A stretch of DNA of 64,000 nt, taken from positions 189,665-253,664 of the IMG/VR virus record IMGVR_UViG_3300017917_002466; one strand, given 5' to 3'. The notes beneath the pieces are model-generated. The model had not been told where the DNA came from. It searched no databases and saw nothing but the letters and a program-made list of their open reading frames with translations. Shown piece by piece: positions 18,451-28,567 of the stretch. The first letter of the stretch is position 1; every line of letters begins with the position of its first letter. A program made the translations under genes and the position numbers.

Positions 18451-18458
18451 TATTTATA
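18451..18458 (-). promoter_or_regulatory. T4-type late promoter
   Basis: TATAAATA in the gap between the glycan island and the tagged-protein block. Confidence 0.7.
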
Positions 18459-18496
18459 GTTATCAATAGAAGATATTGTGAAGATTATCAAAAAAG

Positions 18497-20146
18497 TTAG
18501 GCTTTAAACTTAAGCATATAATTTGGAAAGTTTTCTAACATTTGATGGTTGCGGCAATATATTATATCAAAGAAGTCGTCCCAAAGCGGTTGTGTCTTTT
18601 TCCAGCTAAAGTTTTCTTCTACAAACCATCTATTTCTAATACCAACATCCCTTCTAAGAATTGGATTTTTGAAAAGAATATTAAGCTTTTCATTAGCTTG
18701 TTTAACCACTTCTTTCTCTGGGTTAGCATCAACTATCCATTCTTTATCAAGTAACATACTCAAACATCCAACATTTGTAGCAACAACTGGTAATCCCATT
18801 GCCATTGCTTCTAAAACTACTCTTGGAATGCATTCTGTTATACTCAATAAAATAAGAACGTCAATAGATTGATAAAAATTCTTCATATGATCTTGGGTTT
18901 GCTGTACCCAAAACTTTTGGCCCCAATCACTTTTCTGTATTACTGGAAAATTAAGCTTATCAAATAAATAAGTTCTTTTAAGTGGGATTGGACTTCCTGC
19001 ATATCCTACGTTGAATCTATTTGAATTAAAAGAAGAATTTGATTTAAAGTAATCAGTATCAACTGATTCAGGAAGAAAGATTGTTGGACAGTCATATTTT
19101 TCTTTTGCATAATTATATGTCTCTGGGGAGATTGTAGCAATAACATCTGCATACTGATAGGTTGCACTCACAAGTCCACCATAACCTCCAATAACTGGAA
19201 TACCTTTATCTTTACATTTTTGAATTAATTCATCATTAATGCTTCTTGGAGCCATATCAGGGCCGTGGAAATATATTACATCAACATCATCAAGACTCAT
19301 ATTAAATTCAGTATACTTTTGTAATATAATATTATGCCTTGTAAATTTTTGTTGCTCTTTTCCAAGATAATAATAAGCCCATCCCCATTGGTCAATAACT
19401 TTAACAACATTAAGCTTCTTATCATCATTCATAAAAGTCTCCATCCTTATCAATTCTTTCTTCTTACCAAGAGTATAATCCTTTTCTTTATGTTCTATTT
19501 CTTCTTTAATTATACTTGTATAGGCTCCCAATAAAGCATAAAGGTTATTTTTGGTAGGATTCTTTTTCAGAATATTCCAAAGCTTAAGAGGAACTCTTTC
19601 TAACCAATTATACTTAAACTCTTTGTATTTCTCCATCAAATTATAGTATCTTTCAAAAATAGTTTCATCAGTCCAATTTGGACTATGATCGCCAACAATT
19701 TTTTGCTTAGTAATAAAAGTATATCCATCTCTTTTCATTCTATCAGTCTGTTCAACTTCACAGGATAAACAAGATAGATTATATGGATACTTCTTAAATA
19801 TATCGTGCTTGTAAATTTTAACTCCACAGATAGGAAAATTCAAATGAACATCTTTAAGCATAAAAGCTACCATTGAAATCTCTTTTCTTGACTTAATAAT
19901 CGCATTATACATATCTTCAATGGCATTTGGATAAAGAATCATATCATCATCAACTTGCACATAGTAAGGAGTCTGACATTGATTAATCATTTGCTGGAAT
20001 GCTTTTGACATTGGATGATAGTTGCTAATAGCAAAAAGTTTAAATCCAACTGACTGATTCTTTAAAGCCTCGATACAGTCTTCGTAGTTTATACTTTTAT
20101 CCGTCGTAATAACAAACACTGTCAAATCATTAATAAACTTTTTCAT
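18497..20146 (-). CDS. fused GT-A (GT2-like) + GT4 glycosyltransferase
   Basis: YVQVDDDM DxD motif; C-terminal E.IP.VVLEAMAMGLPVVATNVG GT4 signature. Confidence 0.88.
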   Translation of the reverse strand: MKKFINDLTVFVITTDKSINYEDCIEALKNQSVGFKLFAISNYHPMSKAFQQMINQCQTPYYVQVDDDMILYPNAIEDMYNAIIKSRKEISMVAFMLKDVHLNFPICGVKIYKHDIFKKYPYNLSCLSCEVEQTDRMKRDGYTFITKQKIVGDHSPNWTDETIFERYYNLMEKYKEFKYNWLERVPLKLWNILKKNPTKNNLYALLGAYTSIIKEEIEHKEKDYTLGKKKELIRMETFMNDDKKLNVVKVIDQWGWAYYYLGKEQQKFTRHNIILQKYTEFNMSLDDVDVIYFHGPDMAPRSINDELIQKCKDKGIPVIGGYGGLVSATYQYADVIATISPETYNYAKEKYDCPTIFLPESVDTDYFKSNSSFNSNRFNVGYAGSPIPLKRTYLFDKLNFPVIQKSDWGQKFWVQQTQDHMKNFYQSIDVLILLSITECIPRVVLEAMAMGLPVVATNVGCLSMLLDKEWIVDANPEKEVVKQANEKLNILFKNPILRRDVGIRNRWFVEENFSWKKTQPLWDDFFDIIYCRNHQMLENFPNYMLKFKA

Positions 20147-20148
20147 AC

Positions 20149-21000
20149 TTACTTTTTCCATTTTCTAAACTTATTATGAATTATCATTGCAATATCATTA
20201 TAGTCCGTACATTTAAGAATTGAGGATTCCCAATAATCTTCAATTGGGTTTCTAAGTATAGAAAGCAATTCTTGCTTATTTGAGAAGACTGGAATGTTTA
20301 ATCTATCAATCATACATTTTGGAAGAAAATTAGGCGGAGTACAAATCCTCGTTCCCCTACACGCCATATCAATTACTCCATAAGCATAACTTTCTTTATG
20401 AGTAATGATATAGGTTTCAATAAATTCGGTATTCTTCAAATAAGTTTCATAGTCTGAATAAAAGATAGGATTCTCAAAAAGCTTAATATTATTTTCTTCC
20501 CCTTTGAAACGAATCATTCTATAGAACTTATATCCTTCATCCAACAATTCTTCTACAGCGATTTCAATTTGATATGTCCAATCATCAAAAGTATTAAGAT
20601 ATTTTTCCCAGTAATGATCTATAAGGATAGTCTTCTTATCTTTTTCTGTTGGGAATAAAACTTTCTTATCAGCTGGTAATGGAATAACAGTATAATTTTC
20701 AGAAGATTCATCGCCATTAAAAAGAAAAGAATGGTCTAGAAAAGGAAATATGCACTCCATCAAAGAACAAACTTTAAGACATTGAGTCTTATGTTTAATA
20801 ATTTGGCTTTTAATATCAACTTCATCACTGAAATAACTAACTATCAAAACAAAATCAACTTTAGGTAAATCTTGAAAATTAGTAAAAGGCGAATTAAAAA
20901 CTTTAACATTCAGATTTTCAAAAGCCTTTCTAATGTTCCTTGTAATCATTTGAACACTATCATTAGCTCCTTCATCACCCATTATCAAAAGTTTGTACAT
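20149..21000 (-). CDS. putative GT-B glycosyltransferase-like protein
   Basis: THKESYAYGVIDMACRG resembles the GT4 ES.G....E...G motif; cluster context. Confidence 0.55.
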   Translation of the reverse strand: MYKLLIMGDEGANDSVQMITRNIRKAFENLNVKVFNSPFTNFQDLPKVDFVLIVSYFSDEVDIKSQIIKHKTQCLKVCSLMECIFPFLDHSFLFNGDESSENYTVIPLPADKKVLFPTEKDKKTILIDHYWEKYLNTFDDWTYQIEIAVEELLDEGYKFYRMIRFKGEENNIKLFENPIFYSDYETYLKNTEFIETYIITHKESYAYGVIDMACRGTRICTPPNFLPKCMIDRLNIPVFSNKQELLSILRNPIEDYWESSILKCTDYNDIAMIIHNKFRKWKK

Positions 21001-21002
21001 AC

Positions 21003-21440
21003 TTATAGCCCTATAAATTGTTTCATATGGTTAACGAATAATTCGTGTCTTTCTATGTCTCTGGGTAGTTCGTTCAACTTCCTAACAACTTTTGCAGGAT
21101 TGCCTACCACCAATGAATTATCGGGGATTGGATGAGCCTTGGTAACAACAGTTCTCGCTCCAATCACGCAATTATTACCAATGACTGCACCGGGACAAAT
21201 GAAAGCACCATATCCAATATAACAATTATCCCCAATAGTTACTGGAAGCCAATCTAATGGGTAGCCGTGACATAACACAACAGCTTCAGATGCTATCATA
21301 GTACAAGTACCAATTGTTATAAGTTCAGGTCTTGTTCCCGGCCCAATATCTAATCTTCCAAATATCAAAGTACCTGTTCCAATCTTTGAACCCTCTGCTC
21401 TTGCATTATCCGCATTTATTATTGCTTGACTTTTACTCAT
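21003..21440 (-). CDS. hexapeptide-repeat (LbH) O-acetyltransferase
   Basis: PVTIGDNCYIG..A.I.PG.VIG.NCVIGA..VV...IP.NSLV.GNPAKVVR. Confidence 0.92.
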   Translation of the reverse strand: MSKSQAIINADNARAEGSKIGTGTLIFGRLDIGPGTRPELITIGTCTMIASEAVVLCHGYPLDWLPVTIGDNCYIGYGAFICPGAVIGNNCVIGARTVVTKAHPIPDNSLVVGNPAKVVRKLNELPRDIERHELFVNHMKQFIGL

Positions 21441-21443
21441 TTA

Positions 21444-22010
21444 TTAACTCCTGTATGCTAAAGCAATTCCCACTAAATGTCCATCACCTTCTATATATCT
21501 TGTCGGAAAATTCAAAATGTTCCAACCGTCTTCTTTGAATTTCTTAAAATAGAATGATTCAGCTAAACTAGAATCGTGGAACATAATCAGATTGGAAAAG
21601 TTTTTACAGTTATTATAATCAGCAATAATAGCTTCATCTGAATGATCTCCGTCAATAAATATCAAATCCACCTTTCCTATCTTTTCAAAGAGCTTTGGAA
21701 TCTCTACTTTAGAATCTCCTTGTATCATATTAATGTACCAATCAAATCCAGCCTTTTGAAAATTGGATTGTGCTACTACTTTCATATCAGCCTGAATCCA
21801 ACTATCTACTGAATAGATTTTTGGAATCTTCTTATTATCAAGAATGGCTTGACAAAAGGTAATTGAGGAGCCTCCCTTATGAGTTCCTATCTCTACAACC
21901 TTTTCAACTTGGAAAGTCCTTGCAATAGTGTACATCACATCATAACACTGATTGGAACTTCCAAGGTTTCTATCCCTATTGATTTCATCTAATACTGCAT
22001 TGATTTTCAT
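21444..22010 (-). CDS. class I SAM methyltransferase (Methyltransf_24-like)
   Basis: VVEIGTHKGGS, GDS, DLIFIDGDHS, FHD. Confidence 0.88.
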   Translation of the reverse strand: MKINAVLDEINRDRNLGSSNQCYDVMYTIARTFQVEKVVEIGTHKGGSSITFCQAILDNKKIPKIYSVDSWIQADMKVVAQSNFQKAGFDWYINMIQGDSKVEIPKLFEKIGKVDLIFIDGDHSDEAIIADYNNCKNFSNLIMFHDSSLAESFYFKKFKEDGWNILNFPTRYIEGDGHLVGIALAYRS

Positions 22011-22693
22011 TATCTACTTCTCCCTAAAAGGTCTTGATGCTTTTGTTTCAAATATTCTCTTATCTTTTGAAGCTTAATATCTTTATCATTATGAACTTGT
22101 GAGAACTGAGAATCTCCCCTTCTATACAACAAATAAGTTGTATCACACTTTTTAAACTTAAATCCTTTCTCATATGCCATCATCCAGAAGTCATAATCTT
22201 CCCAACCATCAACCATTGATTCGTCGTATCCACCAACCACTTCCCAAACTTCCTTTCTGAACATTGATGCACAATGGATAAAAGGACTCTGTAACATTCT
22301 ACCTATTTCAAAAGGTGGCCAGTTATAAAGCTTATCAGATGATCCAAAGCATTGAGAATTGGAATAAGAAATATCTACTTTATTATATATGAGATTGTCA
22401 TAGTTCGCTTGTATATAGTTATCTGGAATCTTATCGTCTGCATCCAAACAAATGATAAAATCTCCATTACAACTTTCAATAGCTTTATTTCTTGTTGTAG
22501 GTAACTTCAGATTCTTTTCATTTCTTATAACTTGACAACCAAGGAGTTGAGCTTCATTATAGGAATCATCTGAACTATAATCATCAACTACAATAATCTC
22601 ATACTTCAAACTAGTTATATTTAAAGTAATAGAGCCAATACAATCTTTCAGGTACTGGCTCTTATTAAAGCAAGGGATGATTATTGAGATCAT
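22010..22693 (-). CDS. GT2 glycosyltransferase
   Basis: ISIIIPCFN, VVDDYSSD, RN, LDADD, GGYDE, EDYDFW. Confidence 0.92.
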   Translation of the reverse strand: MISIIIPCFNKSQYLKDCIGSITLNITSLKYEIIVVDDYSSDDSYNEAQLLGCQVIRNEKNLKLPTTRNKAIESCNGDFIICLDADDKIPDNYIQANYDNLIYNKVDISYSNSQCFGSSDKLYNWPPFEIGRMLQSPFIHCASMFRKEVWEVVGGYDESMVDGWEDYDFWMMAYEKGFKFKKCDTTYLLYRRGDSQFSQVHNDKDIKLQKIREYLKQKHQDLLGRSR

Positions 22694-22699
22694 AACAAA

Positions 22700-22790
22700 T
22701 TTCCGAAACAATACAAACATCAACACATGCTATGGGCTTGTATTAAAGTAAGAAGTTATATTCTCTTTGTGGTATTAATTCTATAAACAT
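22700..22790 (-). pseudogene. 5' remnant of a GDP-mannose mannosyl hydrolase (Gmm/WcaH-type Nudix)
   Basis: MFIELIPQREYNFLL*YKPIACVDVCIV, in-frame stop, truncated. Confidence 0.5.
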
Positions 22791-23542
22791 ATCCAACCTT
22801 CTCTATAAATATCTTGATAGTCCTTTGGCCCTGTTTCTCCAAACCAATTCTTTGGAGCAATTACTTTTTCTTTATCTTTTCCAAGGTATGCTCCCCACCA
22901 AGAAAAGCTACTATTACAAATAACCAAAGAATCACATTGAGAAAGTAAGTATAAATCTTCTATTTCATTAGTAAAAGGTGAATTAATCGCATTAGTAAAC
23001 TTCATTTCCTTTTGAACAGAAGCCCAATCATCTGTACAAATAATAGCTTGACTTTTGCCAAGTACTTTTGAGGCTTCTATATAGTAGTCTGATTTCTGTA
23101 CTTTATGATAGTTTGAAAGTCTTATATAGTCTCCCCTTCGAATATGAATACCAACTATGGGATGGTTTAAGTTCTTTATAAATTGGTCTACTTTAAGTTT
23201 ACATTCTTTTGAAAAAGTAAACAATTCTTTAACTTCATTTGAATAGTCCCCAAAGTATTTTTCAGACTGAAAGAATCCATCTAATAAGATATTATCAATG
23301 GCCGGTATTGGATCAAAGTTAAATCTTGGTTCATTATAAATTGATGGTGGTTGAAAATCTATTGATGGAATCTTTTGATAGAAGTTATCTTTATACTTAT
23401 GTGCGGTATTACCTTGATTCGGACAAAAACTAAAGTTGTAATTGATTCCCCAATTAAAACTATTTCTCTTAGCAAATGCAAAAGCATTAGCTATTTGAAA
23501 CATTTGATTTCCTAAACCGCCTTTTAATATTGGAACTATCAT
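22781..23542 (-). CDS. GT11 alpha-1,2-fucosyltransferase-like
   Basis: GGLGNQMFQ, G.FQSEKYF, HIRRGDY, TDD, NSSFSWWGAYL, VIAP..WF. Confidence 0.92.
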   Translation of the reverse strand: MIVPILKGGLGNQMFQIANAFAFAKRNSFNWGINYNFSFCPNQGNTAHKYKDNFYQKIPSIDFQPPSIYNEPRFNFDPIPAIDNILLDGFFQSEKYFGDYSNEVKELFTFSKECKLKVDQFIKNLNHPIVGIHIRRGDYIRLSNYHKVQKSDYYIEASKVLGKSQAIICTDDWASVQKEMKFTNAINSPFTNEIEDLYLLSQCDSLVICNSSFSWWGAYLGKDKEKVIAPKNWFGETGPKDYQDIYREGWICL

Positions 23543-24484
23543 TTAAGCTCCTAATATTTCAATCAATATTTTAGCTCTATTAATATAAGTATGATTCTCT
23601 TTAACATATAACATCATTCTTTTCATATTTTCTTTTGATAGGGAAGCATAAGATTGTTCAGTAGTATAAAAAAGAGTATATGGGTTATTATCATAGGCTA
23701 TATATCCTTTAAGAATATTACCAATATGTGGTGAATTAGTTCCTGTAAACTTACCATAGCTAATATTTTTCCATATCCTACAAGGTATATAACCGCATTG
23801 TTGGTGCCAATTTCCACGAATATCTACTGAAATATAAGAGTTCTGAATTAGCTTTTTATTTTCTTCAAAGCTAATATTTCCTTGTCCAACTTTTATATTT
23901 TTCCCATTCTGTTGACAACATTGAGCAAACATTTGAAACTTAGGTAAAATATTATCGTGATTAGTACTTCCTATATAATAAACTGTTGGAATATTGGGAT
24001 TGAATCTTATAGGATTTTCAACGTCTATTTCATGTGGAAGTAAATCGGTTGCCCAAGGTTGATAAATCGCATTATTCTTTTTATCCCAAAAACAAAAATC
24101 CCTTATTTTTTCAACTGTTGGCGTATTAGCAGTTTTAACTAAAAGATTATTAGGATCATTATAATTCATACTAATTCCACGTTCACAAGGCTCAACATAA
24201 TTACAAAGATTGATTTGTTTACAACCAATGGCAACATATTTGTCTGGATTACAATGATGAGTTATATATTTTATATTCTTAAAAAGAGGAACTTGTTGGT
24301 CTACTTGACCTTCTGTAAAAATAACAGTATCATTAAAATCAAAGTCTTTTACTTTTTCAACATCGCTATTATCAAACCAATAAGGTGTATATCCAAGATA
24401 TTCAAATGCACGAAAGTATCCATAATAAACATAGCTATTAGTATGCGTATGTAACTTATGACCCCATATCATAAACTTTTTCAT
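23543..24484 (-). CDS. putative glycosyltransferase-like protein
   Basis: IWGHKLHTHT.SY, PWATDLLP, GYIPCRIWKNISYG, HTYINR (GT-B/CgeB-like C-terminus). Confidence 0.6.
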   Translation of the reverse strand: MKKFMIWGHKLHTHTNSYVYYGYFRAFEYLGYTPYWFDNSDVEKVKDFDFNDTVIFTEGQVDQQVPLFKNIKYITHHCNPDKYVAIGCKQINLCNYVEPCERGISMNYNDPNNLLVKTANTPTVEKIRDFCFWDKKNNAIYQPWATDLLPHEIDVENPIRFNPNIPTVYYIGSTNHDNILPKFQMFAQCCQQNGKNIKVGQGNISFEENKKLIQNSYISVDIRGNWHQQCGYIPCRIWKNISYGKFTGTNSPHIGNILKGYIAYDNNPYTLFYTTEQSYASLSKENMKRMMLYVKENHTYINRAKILIEILGA

Positions 24485-25443
24485 ATTAACTCTCCAACTC
24501 TGTTTTTAATTTTATTATACAAACAATCTTTAATATCTATGTCACCAAAATACTTAATAAACTCGCTATTTGAAAAAACGTAATGACCACAAACTTTAAT
24601 TAGCTTTAATTTATTTTCAAACGGATTAAAGGTATTGTCGCCTTTAAGCCACTTAACCCACATATTAGAATTATAACATATTTCAAAAAATTTATCAAAG
24701 CTTTTTTCATCCATTTTATCTAAATAACATTCAGTTTCCATTCTACCAATTTCTGGAGCAATATTAATAGCATCTAATCCTTTTTGAAATTTAGACTGAA
24801 TTAACGAACTATCTAAGTAATCTCCGTTATGTTCTTTACTCAAAATATTATAAAGTTTACAAATTTCAATCATTTCTCTAAGTTTATTTTCTTCATACTT
24901 ACCAGTATTCATATCAAGTTTTAAATTTGTTCCAGATTGTATAACAGCATATTTAATTTGATTAAAGCATTTAACATTCTTTTTCATAAAAGTAAGCATA
25001 TACATTAATTGATCTGGTTTAAAACTTCTTATAGATTCTTCAGTTCCAATTTCAAACATTATTTTTGAATTTTTTTTATTACAAAAATTTATGAAATTCG
25101 CTGTTATTTCAAAACATTTCATAAAATCTTCATCAAGCTTCCAAGGGTCAATATGAATCAAATCCATATATTCACAATCAGTAATTAAAGAAGCAATACC
25201 AAAGTCTTCTTGAATTCCTTGTTTTGGTCCTCCATGATCTCTGCATATAACAATATCTTTATTTCTTTCTTTAACATATTGTACAAATTCTTCAGTAGTC
25301 CAATTATTAACATAACCACCATTAAAATCTATTTGTCTTCTTGAGGGAATCAAACCAATATTCAAACCAAAATTATTTAAGTTAATAATTACATCAACTA
25401 TATTCTTACTCATTGGACCTAAAAACAACTTGGGAAAATTCAT
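24481..25443 (-). CDS. GatZ/KbaZ-like (tagatose aldolase/epimerase-like) TIM-barrel protein
   Basis: LGPMS, SRRQID..GGYVN, CRDHGGP, IHIDP, EIGTEE, KEHNGDY, INIAPE.G. Confidence 0.7.
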   Translation of the reverse strand: MNFPKLFLGPMSKNIVDVIINLNNFGLNIGLIPSRRQIDFNGGYVNNWTTEEFVQYVKERNKDIVICRDHGGPKQGIQEDFGIASLITDCEYMDLIHIDPWKLDEDFMKCFEITANFINFCNKKNSKIMFEIGTEESIRSFKPDQLMYMLTFMKKNVKCFNQIKYAVIQSGTNLKLDMNTGKYEENKLREMIEICKLYNILSKEHNGDYLDSSLIQSKFQKGLDAINIAPEIGRMETECYLDKMDEKSFDKFFEICYNSNMWVKWLKGDNTFNPFENKLKLIKVCGHYVFSNSEFIKYFGDIDIKDCLYNKIKNRVGELI

Positions 25444-25460
25444 ATTGGATTCCTTTAAGT

Positions 25461-25820
25461 CTAAATATTAACGTCTTTAATTCCATGATTTCTAGGAACG
25501 GTAATAGAAACTGATGTATTTTCTCCATCAAGTTTACAATCATTAATAACAACTCTGATTCCTCCCCCAATTCCCATAATAAGTTGGTCATATATTATAC
25601 CCGATTCGGCTAATTGTTTTTCAGTTGCTTTTCTAGTTGACTCTCTCCTACCAGTTGTCAAAATAATGTTATAACCTTTAATATCCCACTCTAATAATTT
25701 TTCTTTTGTGCCTTCTAACAATTCTAATTTGAAACTTTCTGAAGTAGTCTCAGTAGGTGGATTATGTCTAACTAATGTACCATCTATATCACAAAAAATT
25801 GTTTTAGGTCTGGAATCCAT
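25461..25820 (-). CDS. minimal HAD-family phosphatase
   Basis: IFCDIDGTL, LTTGR, YDQLIMG, IND. Confidence 0.85.
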   Translation of the reverse strand: MDSRPKTIFCDIDGTLVRHNPPTETTSESFKLELLEGTKEKLLEWDIKGYNIILTTGRRESTRKATEKQLAESGIIYDQLIMGIGGGIRVVINDCKLDGENTSVSITVPRNHGIKDVNI

Positions 25821-25833
25821 ATAAACTCCTTTT

Positions 25834-27012
25834 TCATTCCCATATTATTATACTTTCATTTTGTTTTTTCAAATTATTTACAATTTCTTCTTTATAAGCT
25901 CCAACTTTTAATATTATAGCCGAGTCGTTTTTAATTTCAATCTGATTAGGTGTTCTGATCTTTAAATTATAGCCGTATAATCTTGTATTATTTTTCATTT
26001 CAGAATTGTCAAGTATTAACTTAATCCTACTTTTATTCAGTCCCAAGTTTAATAAAAATTGAGAAAATATATGGGCTCCAAATAAGTAAACATCTCCTTC
26101 AAACTTCTCTAATTTTTGATTGATTTCTGCCACAAAGTCTTGATAATATTTGATGCAAGACAGATACATTTCTTTATACTCATTATATTTATTAATGACA
26201 ATACTATTGATTTTTTCATTGGTTTTTCTAGTCACATATATTATGCTATGATTCGTATAATAAGTTTTATAAAGTATCTTAAAACTATTTTGGGCTAATA
26301 AAAAATCAGTAATTTCTTCAGTCAAAAATATTGTGTGCTCAAAATTAATAGTATTAATGAACTTATTTTTCAAAAAATCATAAAGATTTGGAATAGAGAA
26401 TATATGTAAGCCTTCATCATTTAAAGACTGATTAATCAAAGATAGAAAAGAGTTAATATCATAAGTATGCTCTAAAGTGTGCGAGTGCACTATTATATCC
26501 TTTTTTGATACTTTTAAGTCTTCAAAAAAAGAATCAATGTATTTAATTTTGATATTTAAGTCTTTGGGCTTAAAAATATTTGGCTCAATAATTGTCCAAT
26601 TTTTAATTTGTGGATTACTGCTCAAAACCATTGAAGCCAATTTTCCATTAGACCCACCAATTTCTAAAATATCAGGTTCTAATACTTTTTCTTTTTGAAG
26701 TATTTCATTGATTACATCTACAAAACAATTCCTATGTTTTTCCCACACTTCTCCAATTGATTCGGAATGATACTTAGAATAGATTAAATCTGGCTTTAAA
26801 ACATTTCTTAGTTGAATGATTCCAGTATCTTTGCAAATATCCCATATCATATCACAGAACAAATCTTTCTCAAAAGGCTCTTTAGTATGACCAATAAAAA
26901 CCGGAAATTCTTTAATCGTAATTAAATGTTCTAAGCTGTCCAAACCCGTAACTATACTTTTAGTTCGGGTTTGATGTATGTAATTTTTATCCATCATATT
27001 TGATTCTCGCAT
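25834..27012 (-). CDS. NDP-sugar C-methyltransferase-like SAM methyltransferase
   Basis: ILEIGGSNG, SHTLEH, IPN..FEH, YLFGA, ILDN...K...LYG; architecture like NovU/EryBIII. Confidence 0.75.
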   Translation of the reverse strand: MRESNMMDKNYIHQTRTKSIVTGLDSLEHLITIKEFPVFIGHTKEPFEKDLFCDMIWDICKDTGIIQLRNVLKPDLIYSKYHSESIGEVWEKHRNCFVDVINEILQKEKVLEPDILEIGGSNGKLASMVLSSNPQIKNWTIIEPNIFKPKDLNIKIKYIDSFFEDLKVSKKDIIVHSHTLEHTYDINSFLSLINQSLNDEGLHIFSIPNLYDFLKNKFINTINFEHTIFLTEEITDFLLAQNSFKILYKTYYTNHSIIYVTRKTNEKINSIVINKYNEYKEMYLSCIKYYQDFVAEINQKLEKFEGDVYLFGAHIFSQFLLNLGLNKSRIKLILDNSEMKNNTRLYGYNLKIRTPNQIEIKNDSAIILKVGAYKEEIVNNLKKQNESIIIWE

Positions 27013-28567
27013 TAATTTCTTTCAATTTCCTATTTAAGTTAAATTTTCCAAAATTGAATAAAAATGTACTCAAAGGTTTTTCATGCAAAGGAGCCATATT
27101 AATCCAAATTATACTTGTCAATATTTCAACTTTATTGAAATCATAATGATTTTTAAGTATAAAATTATGAAGTACTTCTTTACAATTAATCAAATTTTTA
27201 CTGCATAACAAATCACAGTATATTTTGTTATCTTGTTTTTCAATAGTGTATAATTTTCTATTGATTATGTCGTGATTGAAAATTAAGTTATGATTAAGCT
27301 TAGCCAAGTCATAATAAATATCTCCATTAATCAAATCACCGGCAAAATCTTGTCGCCAGTCTAATAAAACAAAATCCTCTTTACTTCGACAAATTATATT
27401 ATCTAAGATGTAATCACCATGATATTGGTATGGTTGTTCTGAGCATAACCAGTCCCTATCTATTGATTCTATTAATACTTTGGCGCTTGGTACTAAAACT
27501 TCATTGATAATATTAGGTTTATCTGTATCGTTTTCTTGTTCCAAGTATTTTTTAATTCTTTGAAGAGTCTTATCAAAATAAAAACTCTCGCATAGTTTTT
27601 TGAACTGATTATTTTTGGGCTTAACAATCCAAAGATTGTTCTTACTCCAATTCAGAAAAGTTAAAAAAAAATCATCATTAACTACTTTGGATAATAACTC
27701 CCCTTCTGAATACTCATACTTATAAAAATTATTACGATAGTCGATCAATTTCGGAGTAAGTGGTTCTAATTGTTTACATCTTTGAACTCTATTTAAGCAC
27801 ATTTTTTCGTCAAAAAAGAACTTTATAACAAAACCATCAAAGATAAAAATGGACTCATCTACTTTATCTAATATTTCAAACTTATCGCTTATATGACTTC
27901 TAGCAAATTTTAACTCAGAAGAAGTACCAACATCAAACCATGTCTTAAATTCCAGTATTTTAAAATCTTTATTCATATTGTTTATCCCATCACAGTCAGA
28001 CAATTCTTGACAAGATGGGTTCTTGTTATAACAATTCTCCAATGCTTTCCAAAAAACATCATAATCCTTAATACCACACAATCCAATATAACAAAAAGTT
28101 GAATCGTGCAACTGACCTTTATCAAAGATTTTGAACTTTCCTTGACTATTAATCATCCTATATTGTGAAGTATTGTTTTTATTACAACCAACCACATAGT
28201 TGTATTTTGGTTTAGGTATGGATTCAACAACAATGGTATCTGCGGCATGGAAGATAAATGGACATTGTAATCTATCCTTTGCTTTCAACATTGAATATCC
28301 TAAACTACTACCTTCACCTGAAAACTTATCAACTTCTACAAACTCAAAATGTCTATCATTATAAGCTAAAGTTAAAAAATCACGAACCTGATTCCCAAAA
28401 TGTCCTAAGGTTATTACAAACTTAGTATCTTTAGGATAGTTTTCTATGATATAAGATATGGATGGCTTCTTTCCAATTCTAACCAAGGATTTATTTGTAT
28501 ACTTAGTTAAATCACCAAGTCTACTTCCCAATCCACCAGTAGTTATTAATACTTTAAACTCTTCCAT
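26987..28567 (-). CDS. sugar-phosphate nucleotidyltransferase fused to an APH/choline-kinase-like domain
   Basis: GGLGSRL..LT...NKSL and WFDVG; YHGDYILDNI..F.LLDWRQ.F.G....GD.YYDLAKL. Confidence 0.85.
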   Translation of the reverse strand: MEEFKVLITTGGLGSRLGDLTKYTNKSLVRIGKKPSISYIIENYPKDTKFVITLGHFGNQVRDFLTLAYNDRHFEFVEVDKFSGEGSSLGYSMLKAKDRLQCPFIFHAADTIVVESIPKPKYNYVVGCNKNNTSQYRMINSQGKFKIFDKGQLHDSTFCYIGLCGIKDYDVFWKALENCYNKNPSCQELSDCDGINNMNKDFKILEFKTWFDVGTSSELKFARSHISDKFEILDKVDESIFIFDGFVIKFFFDEKMCLNRVQRCKQLEPLTPKLIDYRNNFYKYEYSEGELLSKVVNDDFFLTFLNWSKNNLWIVKPKNNQFKKLCESFYFDKTLQRIKKYLEQENDTDKPNIINEVLVPSAKVLIESIDRDWLCSEQPYQYHGDYILDNIICRSKEDFVLLDWRQDFAGDLINGDIYYDLAKLNHNLIFNHDIINRKLYTIEKQDNKIYCDLLCSKNLINCKEVLHNFILKNHYDFNKVEILTSIIWINMAPLHEKPLSTFLFNFGKFNLNRKLKEINARIKYDG

